From Piromyces finnis finn (taxonomy: Eukaryota > Fungi > Neocallimastigomycota): a DNA stretch of 64,000 bases. This document shows, in pieces, positions 1 to 12,067 of this stretch. Below the pieces are notes generated by a model that saw only the letters and a program-made list of their open reading frames with translations, was not told where the DNA came from and ran no database searches. The translations under genes and the position numbers were made by a program. The stretch lies in the NCBI GenBank assembly GCA_002104945.1, contig MCFH01000014.1, positions 62,001 through 126,000 on the forward strand, read 5' to 3'. Each line of letters begins with the position of its first letter. The stretch's first letter is position 1.

Positions 1-1236
1 TGAATGATATTGGTGATGCTGTTACTGAACTTTCAAATAAATATGATTTAGTTTTCACTAGTGGAGGTATTGGGTAAGTAATATATATAATAAAAATTAA
101 AATTCATCATTTATTCCATATATAAATGTATTAATAGATAAATAAGCAATTCTAAAAAATATGATATAGTACATATATATTCGTTTTATTTTATTAATTT
201 ACTTCTTTCCTTTTTTTTTTTTTTTTCATAAAAATAATTAAAAATAATTATAGTCCAACTCATGATGATATTACTTATGAAGGTATGTCGTTTTTTTTTT
301 TTTTTTTCTGAAAAAGATATAATTATTATATATATATTAATTATTTCTTCAATCATACCTATTTAAAATATGATAAATGTAAAATTCATTTTGTAAAATT
401 GTTTTCATCCTTTTTAATAGCTATTGCTAAGGCTTTTGATTTAAAGTTAGAAGAACATCAATTAACTATTGAACGTATGCTTAAGCATGGTTTTGTTAGA
501 GAAGATTCTATATTACTTAAACTTCCAGGAATTCCAAATAAACCAAAACCAAGACCATTAAATGCTGCTAGATTAAGAATGGCAACTTTACCAACTCCAT
601 GTAATGTTATGTTTCCATGTGATGATCTTTGGGTACCTTTAGTTACTGTTAATAAAAATGTATCAATTTTACCGGGTGTTCCACGTTTATTTGAAAGTAT
701 GATTATTCCATACATTAATAAGGTAATTATTCATAGTTGAGGCACATATTAAAAATAATATTATTAAATTTTATTGAGAATGCCATGGATAGATTATATT
801 ATTTACTTTTATATATATAATTTTTATTGATACTTTTTATACTCTTTTTTTTTTTTTTTTTTTTTAAAAGGTTGCTGGTAGAACCAATTCTAACTTTGCA
901 AATGGTGCATATGACAAAAAAGGTAAATTCTTCCGTCAAATGATTGGATCTAATTTATTTGAAGCTGATTTAGCTCCAGTTCTTCGTGAAGCTCAAATGG
1001 AAATTAATAAGAAAAAACTTGGTATTAAGATTGGTTCTTATCCAAAGTACAGACCATCTCCAAAGAATGATGATGAAAAGGATATGCATAGTGATAACAT
1101 TCAAGAAAAATCTAATGTTTTAATTACTTTTGTTGGACGTGATGAAGCAGAAGTTAAGAAATGGAAAGAAATTGTTAAAGAAAAAATACATGGTTTTGAT
1201 GTTGAAGAAGAAGAAGATACTACTTCAAAACAATAA
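1..1236 (+). CDS. FPY1: Molybdopterin-binding (MoCF_biosynth/CinA-like) domain protein, FAD pyrophosphatase FPY1-like; 5'-partial, exons <1-73, 254-282, 421-722, 871-1236
   Basis: Splicing at GT-AG sites gives the continuous reading FTSGGIG|PTHDDITYE|AIAKAF...RMATLP...DDLWVP...ILPGVPRLF...IKIGSYP, which matches the yeast YMR178W/Fpy1 family motifs as I recall them. Stop TAA at 1234-1236. Confidence 0.85.
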
Positions 1237-1367
1237 ATATATAAATTTTAATAATAATATTAAAAAAAGTAGTTGAAATATAAATATACATAATATTGAT
1301 AAAATATTTCAATTTTTTTTTATTAATCAACTCGTCGTCTAATTAATAAAATAATTAGTTAATGGAA

Positions 1368-1398
<31 letters not shown>

Positions 1399-3475
1399 TA
1401 AAAAAACATATATTTGCAAATTCAAAATATTTTTTTTAAAAAAGAAAAATAATAATAATAAAAAAAAAGATATTAAGAAAAAAAAAATAGTTATCATTAA
1501 TAACTTTATGATGGTATATTTCTTTACATAAAAAAACTATTGCCATTCCCAACCATTTATCTTTATTATAATTTTATTTAATTATTTTAAAAGGAATAAT
1601 AAAGCAACAACACATTTTTATTTATTATATCCTTTTTAATTTGTAAATAAAAGAAATATTATCATTATTTTACTAATAAGAACCTAACAAATAATAGTAA
1701 AGAAAAAAAAAAAAAAACAAAAACAGAAAAATAAAAATAATTTTGACATTTAGATTATAATAATATTAGAAAATTTTTGTTTGTAAAATTTTCTATTCTA
1801 TTTTCTATTCTATAAATAAAAAAATAATGAATTGCTTTTTATTTAAAAAATCATAATATTTTTAAATGCATTTAAATTAGAATAAAAAATAAAACAAAAT
1901 AATAATAATAATAATAGAAAAAAAAAAGATCCTTTTATTATATGTATGATCCATTTATTCATTTAAAAAGATTCATTATTATAAATAAAAATTAATTAAA
2001 TAAAAGACTAAAAAAAAAAAGATATAAAATAATAAAAATTATTAATTAACAAATAAAATAAAATATTTTTATATTATTATTCATTGACTTTGGTGGTATT
2101 ATCAAAATACCATTTTCTTTGTTTTATTTTTATTATCGTTATTGAAAGAAAAAAAAAAAAAAAAAAGCATTTTATAAAATTTAATTTTTTATTTTATATT
2201 TCATTTAATTAAAATTTTTAAATTCATTCAATATATTATAATAATATTCTATTATATACTTTATATAAAAATGAATTTTTAATTAAAAATTTCTTATTTT
2301 AATTCTCTTAATAATAATAATTAATAATAAAATAAATTAATTCTAATAGAATAATAATTAAAAAAATTATATATAAAAAATAATTTTTTTTTTTAAAAAA
2401 AAAACAAATTTTAAAAAATAATAATAATAATTATTAAAAAAAAAAAAAAAAAAAAGAGAACAATTCAACATCATTAAAAATTTATAAGAAAATTAATTTT
2501 TTTTTTTTTAATTATTAACTTTACATTTTAATATCAATAAAACAAGATGGTAAACCATTTTTATATTTTTATATTATATACTTTAAAAAACAAAAAAAAA
2601 AATATATAATATATATTACAATTGAAAAAGACAGCAAAACGATTTTATGAAGAGGATTAAATATATATAAATAAAAAATATAAATGCTATTGATATAAAT
2701 TGGAATGTTACAAATAAATTAGTAGACAAAGATAAAAAGAAAAAAAAAATAGCAAGGGTTTATATAAGAAATATATTCATATTATTTTATTTTATTAAAA
2801 ATATCAATATCAATTTTTATATATAAATATGCGTGCGTGTGTATTTTTATTTCTTGTAACGTTTTGGCATAATGACTATGATGTGATATATAAATCATAA
2901 TAATCTAAAATTTAACTTTGATTTTTAATTAACAGAAAAAACTTAAAATGAAGTATTAAAATTATATAATAATATATAAATTAATAATAAAAATAAATAC
3001 TACTACAGTTAAACATTGGTTCACATACTTTTGAATTATTACTGATCAGATAAAAATAGTAATAAACTAAAATATAGTTGAAATGAAATTGAAAATGGTT
3101 CTTCCATTAAATAAAATAAATTTATTTGATAATATTAAAACATTTGATCATCTTTATAACAGAAATTATTTTTTTAACATTTTAACTTTTCTTTTGACAA
3201 AACGCTTTTTAATAAATTATATTAAAATTTGAAAACATTTTTTAAGAATAATTAAAATATTTTACTAATGAACATTTTATTAATTTATGAATATTATTTT
3301 TTTAAATGATAACTTTTTTTCTTGTTTTATTACAGTCCGGAAATGTAAGTATATATATATATATATATTAATTTTATTTATATAAATGCTATTGTTCAAT
3401 TGGATAATTCAATATTCCATTACACAACATTAATATTGTTTTCTTTTACTTATTAAAATGATATTCTATTAATAG

Positions 3476-5151
3476 ATTATGGTAAGCATTTTTTTTTTTT
3501 AGAAAGATCTTGGAATATAAAATTTTACTTTTTTCTAATTTTATTTATTAATATAAAACCAATTTTTTTCTTTATCATTTAAAAAGGAATATAATGGTGG
3601 TGCTGTTGTCGCCATGGTTGGTAAAGATTGTGTTGCCATTGCCTCAGATAAAAGATTTGGTTTAGAATTATTAACTTTAGCTACCGATTTTGAAAAGATT
3701 TTTAAAATGAATGATAAGTGTTATATTGGTTTAGCTGGTCTTGCTACTGATGTTCAAACATTGTAATTATATACATATTTTTAATACATTTAAATAATTA
3801 TATACAATATATATTTCATTATCAAATTAGAAAATCTTGCTATTATTAAAAATATTTTTTTTTAAAAAAATATATATTTTATTTAATGAAATTGAAATTA
3901 ATAATTAATTAAAAAATATACAATAATAATAATAATATAAAAAAAGATCTGAAGAATTAAAGTTAAAGTGTGATTTATACAAGTTAAGAGAAGAACGTGA
4001 AATTACTCCAAAGAAATTTGCTCATTTAGTATCTTCAACTTTATATGATCATCGGTAATTAAAGGAATAAAAAAATATATTGAATTATTCATTGTATTTT
4101 TATTTATTTATTTATTAAATTAATTATAATTTTATATTTATTTTTTCTTTTTATTTTTATATACTATTAATGTTATTTTATATCGTATTCTACTATTGTT
4201 CATTAAATTCATTTTTAAAATTTCAATTTTGTAATAAACAAAATCATATTTTAAATCATAATTCATTTCAAAATCAATATTAATAATTTAAAACCAATAA
4301 TATCAATTGATAATAACAAATTAAAAAAAAATAATTATCATCATTATGTATTAATATGGGAATTGTGGAATAATGATAACAATAATAATATTGGGAAATA
4401 AAACAATTATATAATATTGATATAATATAAATAACTAAAAATGTGGTTGTTATTGTATGGAATAGTTGGGGTCCATATTTCTGTGAACCATGCATTGCTG
4501 GTCTTGATGAAAACAACAAGCCATTCATCTGTTCAACTGATTTAATTGGTTGTATTAACTTTGCTAAAGATTTCGTTGTTTGTGGTACTACTGCTAGAGA
4601 ATTATATGGTATTTGTGAATCTTTCTGGGAACCAGATCTTGTAAGTATAACAGTATATTTCTATTATATATAATGCAATTTTCTTTTCTTTTTTTTTATT
4701 TTATTTGATGAATACTATTTATTATAGCATATCTATATACAAAACAATTTATGATTTATGAATTTCCAATTATATAGTTAATGATTTCGAAGCATAAATA
4801 AGTTATTTATAATTTTATTCCCCCCTTTTTTTTTTTCTTTTTAAACTCATAGGGTCCAGAAGAATTATTTGAAGTTATATCACAATCTTTATTAAATGCT
4901 TTTGATCGTGATTCAAAAAGTGGTTGGGGTGCTGTTGTTCATATTATGTAAGTCAATTATTATCATTAGTAATAATGAAGAAAAATGTAATATTTATTAA
5001 TTTATCTTTTTAATATTTTATTAATTTTATTAACTATATAAATTATATTATCCAATTATATGCATATATTAATTTTTATAAAAAAAAAAAAAAATAAAAC
5101 AGTACTCCAGAAAAAATCATTACTCGTCACCTTAAGACTAGACAAGATTAG
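3476..5151 (+). CDS. PUP3: 20S proteasome subunit beta-3; exons 3476-3481, 3587-3762, 3947-4054, 4466-4640, 4853-4947, 5103-5151 (possible further upstream micro-exons at 3336-3344 and 3095-3097)
   Basis: Spliced translation: [26 protein letters not shown]...[13 protein letters not shown]...[13 protein letters not shown]...CESFWEPDL...GWGAVVHII...RHLKTRQD*. This matches PSMB3/Pup3 throughout. The exact start codon is uncertain. Confidence 0.95.
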
Positions 5152-6497
5152 ATTTCAATATTTACATATTTCATATATATATATATTTAAAAAAGATAAT
5201 ACAAACAAACAAATCAACCAACAATATCAATAATAATAATAATAATAATAAAAGAAATGCAATATTATAAAGTTATCTTTTTATAAAAGATATTAATTTT
5301 TTTTCTGTCTAATTATTTTATCCATATATTTATCACAAAAGAATGAATGATAAAAGTGTACTTAAAAGTTCATTAATTTATTCAAAAAAAAAAAAAAAAA
5401 AAAAAAAATTTTTTTAAATGTACATATATAGATTGATAAAGAAATAAGACATAAAATAAAATTAATAATTTAACAAAAGAAAATACCAATTTAATTCAGC
5501 CAAATATAACGATTATTTAAAAAGAAGCATAATAATAAAAACAATATTTTTAATAAATAAATAATAAAATTATATATATATTTATATATATATATAAAAT
5601 ACAAACAAGTTCAACAATTAATATTCCATTATTTTTTTTATTAAATTAAAAAAAAAAAATTAAATGAAAAAAAAAAAAAAATAAAATAAAATAAAATAAC
5701 AATAAAAAAATATATACTGTATATATATTTACTATTTCAAATTATTATTATTACTATACATTATACCTTAAAAAATCTTAAAAAGAGAAAAAAGTTTATA
5801 TTAGCAAATTGATATAGATTTAATCAAAGATAGTTGTAGTTTTAAGATAAATTGGAAAAAAAAAAAAGGAAACAATGTTTGAAGATTTTTTTTTTGAAGA
5901 AAATTTTTATATTATAAATCTATTTTTAAAATCTCTTTGGGGGCGGTAAAGAATATTTTCTTTTTTAAAAAAAAGAAAAAAAGAAAGTGAATTTTTATTT
6001 TTATTTTTATTTTTATTTTTATTTTTATCTTTTGTCTTTTGTCTTTTGTCACTCTTAAAAATAAAAATTAATATCTTAAAAAAAAATTTTTATAAATCAT
6101 TAAACAATGATAATAAAATAATTTAAAATCCATATGTATAACTTTTTTTTTTTTTTAAATATGAATTATGTATATCTTTTGTGTGAATTGATAATTTAAA
6201 TTTTATTCTTTCTCTAATACCAATGATTAAAATTTATAAAACATTCATTTTTATAATTATTAAATTTTTTTTTATTTTTTTTTTTATTTATTTACTATTT
6301 TCTTTTAATTTTCATGATTTTATTTATATATTTTATGTATTATATATATATATTTATGATAATTTAATATTGAATACTGAAAGAGAAGAAAAAAAAAAAA
6401 AGAAAAAAAGAAAAAAAAATGTGTGGTGTGAATGAATATTTATGAACGAAAAGAAAAGGCTTTTATATATATATATTTCTTTTCTTTTTAAATTTAT

Positions 6498-6533
<36 letters not shown>

Positions 6534-6710
6534 TAATTAATTAATATTTTTTTATTGCTAATTTAAAAAGAGGGAGTAAGAGTAATAAAAAAAAAAAAAA
6601 AAAAAAAAATACAAAAAAAAAAAAAAAAAAAAAAGAAAAAAAAAATAAATAAATAAATTATAAAATGAAAAAAATAAAAAAAAAATATAGATTTTTTTTT
6701 TTTTTGAAAT

Positions 6711-9700
6711 TTATGCACCTAAACCATTTGCTTCTACCCATTTCCTATTTTCTTGAAGTCCATTAATAACAATATCCATCTTTTTACGAGATTCAAGATC
6801 CCTTTCACGCTTCATCATTAAATTAATGGCAGATTCTTTACTTTTTAAACCTGATTTAATTCGATTAGGAAGATCTGTTTTAAATAGAGAACCTACACTT
6901 AATTTTTTACCAGGATTTGGGCGTTCTTGTAGTGTTGGTGATGGTGGTGTTGATAAACTATTTGTATTTTTAGGTACAGTGGTGGCGGTATTGGTATTAT
7001 TATCATCTTTATTGAAAGCATTAGTAGTAATGGTGGTAGTACTAAGAGTTGAAGTATTGGTAGCCTTATTTTCATTAAGGAAGGAAAAAGTATTTTCACT
7101 AGTATCACTCATTCTAATAGGTGTTAGAGAGGAACGTCTACTAGACTTTGCAGACAAAGCTATATTATGAATATCAGAGGTTTCATTACTGTTACTATAA
7201 AGATTACAGTTACTAATACTATTTCTTTTTAATTTTAAAGATGACATAGAATTATGAATATCTGATTTTGTGATTGTAGGTGATTTTGAATGTTCATCTA
7301 CTTCTGGCTTACTTTGACAGGTGTAAACCCATTCTGCTAGTACTTCAAATATTGGTGTTGCAATAAATTCTACAAAACTTTTTTGACAACTATTTGGCTT
7401 TGGAACATCTCTATTACCAAATGGTGAAAGAGGAATATTTAATTCTTTTTCTCGATCACCTTGTCTATAAAATTCTTCCATTATTCCATCTACCCACTTT
7501 GAATAGGAGACTTTGTCCTTACTAGCATTAGATACATCTGCACATTTAATTAAAATCTTCATTAAAAGTATTTTATCTTCACGTTGAACACATTTCGGTA
7601 TATTTAATATCTTCTTCTTAAATAGAGTTAAAATTTGTAAATGTTCGGCTAAATCGGTTGCAAGAACTAAACTAATGACGGTTTCTCTAAAGTCATTGAC
7701 TTTTTCTTTATCAAGATGTTCTAAAAAGTTATTTTGCTCCTTAAACAGTATACTAAATGACATGGCACAGTGATGGTTTTCTAATACAGATTTATCATTG
7801 TAAAGAATAGCTAATGGATCACCTATTTGAACCAAGAATTTGTTACTCAATCCTGGGTGATCATAATCGTGAATACAGGCTGCAACAAACATAGCTAGAA
7901 GGTCCCAATCTTTAAAGTTTACACTTATATTTGGAATTGTAGAAAAGTAATACATACAGTGGAGAACATCAGTGGCATGGCAGGCATTATGGAAGGTGAC
8001 ATCAGTATGATATCCTTCTTCAATTTCTTTTATAAAGTTTAAGAATTTTTCATTATTTAAATGAAGACGTCCAATTAATCCTGACTTTATAAATAAATGG
8101 TATGACATGGTTAACAAAGGTCTTGGTGTAGAACTGCAGAATTCAAATATTGGGAAGTTATAATCATCTATTTTTTCTAAGAGTAAAAGGGTATTATTAT
8201 CAATTAAGGATAAAATATCAATGGTTGTTAATTCATGGAAAACGTATGGCGATGAAATAGATAAAGGTGAGTTTTCCGAACTATCATCATCATCATCATA
8301 ATAGGAATAGGTTTGTTGTGCTATTTCGTATAAAAGCCATTGTTTTTGTTCATCTTCTAATTCTATGGATCCTTGAAGTTGACGTTCTAAATCCGGTAAA
8401 AGAAGATTACTAGAGTTTAAATAGATCAAAACATTGTTTAATAGTTCATAATTCTCGGAATTATTATCTGTTTGACTTAAAAGATGGTTAATTGTATCGA
8501 TAGCTTTTTCAATTGGAGAATCAAAATCACCACTTTTAATGAGACCATTTTCAAATATATTTTCAATATTAAGACCGGATTTATTTTTAACGTATTGACT
8601 GTTACTAAGGAATTGAAGTTTCGATGATAAATCTAATTCATACATTAATTTGTTAATGATATAACATGAAACAAAAAAGGAAAAATAGATCAAAACATTA
8701 ATGGCCATGGTATTTCTTTCAATAAAGTTATTATTGTCATTTATAGTATTGATAAACTTTGTATTATTATCATCATCTTTTATAAATTCAGTCTGGCTTT
8801 GTAATTGCTTCTTTCCAACACTATTTTCTTTTTCATTTTCATATTTCATAATAAATCTATTAAGTTTTAATGGTTGGGTGGGTGATTCATATTCAACAAT
8901 CCATAAATCATGATTGGAAGATGAAACAAATCGTTGAATATTTTTCATTGTTTGCTTGAGATATTGTGTGACATAATTATGTAATGTTTTTTCAAGCTGT
9001 TGACAATCTTTTTTATTGCTTGAAACAAAGTTTTTATTTTCATTACTATTTTCAACTAGATGAACGCCATCAGGTAAATTCAATAATGGACTTAGTTTTA
9101 TATATTGAGTAGGAATTTCACCTTTGGAATTTAATGAGATAATTGCTTGATTTTCTATATGCAAAAGAATTGTGCTTCCTTTTTCCATTAACTCTTTAAT
9201 TTTTTTTGCATTTAGGTTGTCTTTCTTATGGATAGCGATGGTAGAACTCTTTTCTTTCTTAAATTTTAATAAAGAGTCTATTATATTTGGTTCTTCAAGG
9301 AAACTTTCATGTTTTATTTGACTGTATAATGTTTGATTGATAAATAGATGTTGTTGTAATGATGATGATAATGTATTGTTTACAAAGGATAGGCTAGTAG
9401 TGTTGATTTGTGTTAAATAATCGGTGGTGTATAAATGATAGTAAAATGGAAGCAAACATAATAAATAACATATAGTGATAGTGTATCGGGTATATTTATA
9501 ATTTAGATGAAGTACAAAATGTCCTGCAAAAATCCATATTATTAAATTTAATGCAAAAATTAAACTTAAATAATTATTGTACTTGTTACTAAAAAATAAA
9601 ATTAAATAGTTTATCGGACCAATTAGCAAAAATAATATGACAGTTGTAATATTTTTTATTTTGGTGTGATGATGAAAATCGAAAATCTTGATAAAAAAGA

Positions 9701-11816
9701 AAATTAAAAATATTGGTAGAATAGTGATAAAAAATTGAATTTTTAGGAATTTTAAATTATTTAAAAATAGATAAATTATGAAGTTTATAACACAGAAGAA
9801 ACAGCATTCAGTGAAGATACTACTTTTCCAATTTGTTTCATTTAACGAATTGCGTACTTGTTCATAGTCTTGTTCAATTTGCTTATTTTTGAACGTTAAA
9901 TCGTTAAGATTAATGAATTTACATAATAGTTTATAGGAGTTGCATTCTTTGACAGATGAATCATTAAATATTTCTTTTTGAATATCAGAGTTTGATGCCT
10001 TATTCGTTATAGATGGAGGATCATTTAAATCCTCAGTGGATGTTTGATCTTGGAAAAGAAGACCTTTATTTATACTTCCACTACTATTGTTACTATTAAT
10101 ACTTTTATTACTTAGACTTCTATTCATTACATGGACACCACCATTACCACTACGATAGTTTTCTAGTGATTTTGGGGTACCATCCTTTTTTAATGAATTT
10201 GCTCGTCGATTCAATAAGATATCATTGTATTTATAGGCATTCATCCGTTTCATATTTGGTGTCATTGGGGATGCTAAAATAGGATCATCCATACTTGTTG
10301 TTGACTTTGGAGATTTTGGAGAGTTTTGTAGTAGTATTGAATTATTAACATTAAGTTTTAATTTATTTCTATTTTTTATAGGATTATGATTTTTTGTATA
10401 AAGCATATTGATGTTATTATTTTTCAATGCTTTATTAATTATAGCTTGTTTAGAAATAATTTTGTTCTTGCTATCTGAAGAATTTGTACGACTACCAAGA
10501 TTTCCATGAAGTTGATTATAACTCTTTGGATAGTCATAATTATTAGAGGTTTCATTTTTAGAATTTATTTTGTTAAGATATTTTAAATTTGGATTATTTA
10601 AGGTATTAATGCTACTATTGCTGTTATTACTATTTATTCTATTATGATTTTCTTCTTTTTCTTCCTTTTTTCCTTCACTTTTATTTTTTCGATTATCACC
10701 TTTATTGGAATCATTTGAAGATTCTAACTCATTTGAATTTGAATCTAAATTAGGCTTATTTAAATTTATTATTGCTGTATTGACACTGTAAACAGGAAGA
10801 TCATTATTTTGGTTTTGATGAATTGATTCAAAATTCATGCTTTTCGAATTGTCGAAAGAAGTAAGCTTATCAGGACTTATATTTTCAATATTTAAATCAA
10901 GTTGTTTATCCATTTTTAAATCTTTGAGTTTAATATCAAAATCCGATTTACTTTTTGAAAAATTAATGTCATTTATTAAATTATTAAAATGATCATTATC
11001 CTTCGTTTTAATTTCATTAGTTTTTTTGTAGTTATTAGTTATTGGTACAGGTGAAATAACTGTAATATGATCATAAATAATATTTTGGTATTTTTCTTTT
11101 TCCTTTTCTGTTAATATTTGAGTTTCATTATCATTTTCACTATCATTATTAATTGTTTTACAAGAGTCTATCGTTATACTACTTCTTCTACTGTTATTCG
11201 TACTAGTATTTAAATTCACATTACAATTATTTCCTGATTTTGTATTAGAATCCAATGAATTATAATTGAACTCTGTTATACCGTTAAACAAATCTCCTTT
11301 ATTTTCCTCTACTGTAATCGTTGATTGTAAATTATCTTTATCAATTGTATTGGAATATGTGTATGAAGAATCAAAATTTGAATTATATATTTCAGGGTTT
11401 TGTTTGGAGCTTTGTTCGATAGTACTTTCTTGACAATGTTCTACTGAATCTTTAATTAAGTTTTGATTTATTTCCTCTGGCAAATTTTCATTAAATTTAT
11501 TAGAGATTAAAGAATTTTCATTTTCAGTATCCTTTTTATGTATTATGATACTATTTGAAGGAATACATTCTTCTGTTTGAATGGTATTTTTAGGTTGTAC
11601 ATCTACAGGTATTATTTCTCTTCTCTTATGTTGAAAATTTTTCTTTCTTTTAAATATACTTTTAATATTAATTCTGGAATGATTCTTTTTTGAATTAGAG
11701 GCACTGTTTTTATTTGATATCTTTTTTAGTTTTTCCTTGAAGGAAGTTTTAGTGTTTTTTGAGTTTTTATGAATATTATTATCCATTATTGATTCTATAG
11801 TTTTATTATTATCCAT
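6711..11816 (-). CDS. Class I 3',5'-cyclic nucleotide phosphodiesterase (HD/PDEase_I) with six predicted TM helices, 1701 aa, single exon
   Basis: Intact PDEase_I motifs FHNACHATDV, HDYDHPG, ENHH, ATDL, KCADVSN, EEFYRQGD. Five hydrophobic segments in mid-protein plus a sixth just before the catalytic region. Asn/Ser-rich N-terminus. Confidence 0.93.
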   Translation of the reverse strand: MDNNKTIESIMDNNIHKNSKNTKTSFKEKLKKISNKNSASNSKKNHSRINIKSIFKRKKNFQHKRREIIPVDVQPKNTIQTEECIPSNSIIIHKKDTENENSLISNKFNENLPEEINQNLIKDSVEHCQESTIEQSSKQNPEIYNSNFDSSYTYSNTIDKDNLQSTITVEENKGDLFNGITEFNYNSLDSNTKSGNNCNVNLNTSTNNSRRSSITIDSCKTINNDSENDNETQILTEKEKEKYQNIIYDHITVISPVPITNNYKKTNEIKTKDNDHFNNLINDINFSKSKSDFDIKLKDLKMDKQLDLNIENISPDKLTSFDNSKSMNFESIHQNQNNDLPVYSVNTAIINLNKPNLDSNSNELESSNDSNKGDNRKNKSEGKKEEKEENHNRINSNNSNSSINTLNNPNLKYLNKINSKNETSNNYDYPKSYNQLHGNLGSRTNSSDSKNKIISKQAIINKALKNNNINMLYTKNHNPIKNRNKLKLNVNNSILLQNSPKSPKSTTSMDDPILASPMTPNMKRMNAYKYNDILLNRRANSLKKDGTPKSLENYRSGNGGVHVMNRSLSNKSINSNNSSGSINKGLLFQDQTSTEDLNDPPSITNKASNSDIQKEIFNDSSVKECNSYKLLCKFINLNDLTFKNKQIEQDYEQVRNSLNETNWKSSIFTECCFFCVINFIIYLFLNNLKFLKIQFFITILPIFLIFFFIKIFDFHHHTKIKNITTVILFLLIGPINYLILFFSNKYNNYLSLIFALNLIIWIFAGHFVLHLNYKYTRYTITICYLLCLLPFYYHLYTTDYLTQINTTSLSFVNNTLSSSLQQHLFINQTLYSQIKHESFLEEPNIIDSLLKFKKEKSSTIAIHKKDNLNAKKIKELMEKGSTILLHIENQAIISLNSKGEIPTQYIKLSPLLNLPDGVHLVENSNENKNFVSSNKKDCQQLEKTLHNYVTQYLKQTMKNIQRFVSSSNHDLWIVEYESPTQPLKLNRFIMKYENEKENSVGKKQLQSQTEFIKDDDNNTKFINTINDNNNFIERNTMAINVLIYFSFFVSCYIINKLMYELDLSSKLQFLSNSQYVKNKSGLNIENIFENGLIKSGDFDSPIEKAIDTINHLLSQTDNNSENYELLNNVLIYLNSSNLLLPDLERQLQGSIELEDEQKQWLLYEIAQQTYSYYDDDDDSSENSPLSISSPYVFHELTTIDILSLIDNNTLLLLEKIDDYNFPIFEFCSSTPRPLLTMSYHLFIKSGLIGRLHLNNEKFLNFIKEIEEGYHTDVTFHNACHATDVLHCMYYFSTIPNISVNFKDWDLLAMFVAACIHDYDHPGLSNKFLVQIGDPLAILYNDKSVLENHHCAMSFSILFKEQNNFLEHLDKEKVNDFRETVISLVLATDLAEHLQILTLFKKKILNIPKCVQREDKILLMKILIKCADVSNASKDKVSYSKWVDGIMEEFYRQGDREKELNIPLSPFGNRDVPKPNSCQKSFVEFIATPIFEVLAEWVYTCQSKPEVDEHSKSPTITKSDIHNSMSSLKLKRNSISNCNLYSNSNETSDIHNIALSAKSSRRSSLTPIRMSDTSENTFSFLNENKATNTSTLSTTTITTNAFNKDDNNTNTATTVPKNTNSLSTPPSPTLQERPNPGKKLSVGSLFKTDLPNRIKSGLKSKESAINLMMKRERDLESRKKMDIVINGLQENRKWVEANGLGA

Positions 11817-12035
11817 TGTCAGAAAAAGAAATATTTATGATATTAATTATTATTTAATTGTTAATTAATTATTAAATATATAGATAAGATTTTAAAAAAT
11901 ATATGGAAGAATAGTATTTTCCTGTTTTTTTTTTTTTTTTTTCCTTTATATATATATATTATATATAGAGTTTCTTATATAAAAAAAAGTAAATACATAA
12001 TTACATATTATATATTTTTTAACACCAACTCTATT

Positions 12036-12067
<32 letters not shown>

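Noticed and set aside
6826-8913. Antisense or nested ORFs within the PDE gene (similar ones overlap the TF, CE4 and LINE genes)
   Set aside because: Shadow frames of real coding sequence with low-complexity codon use.
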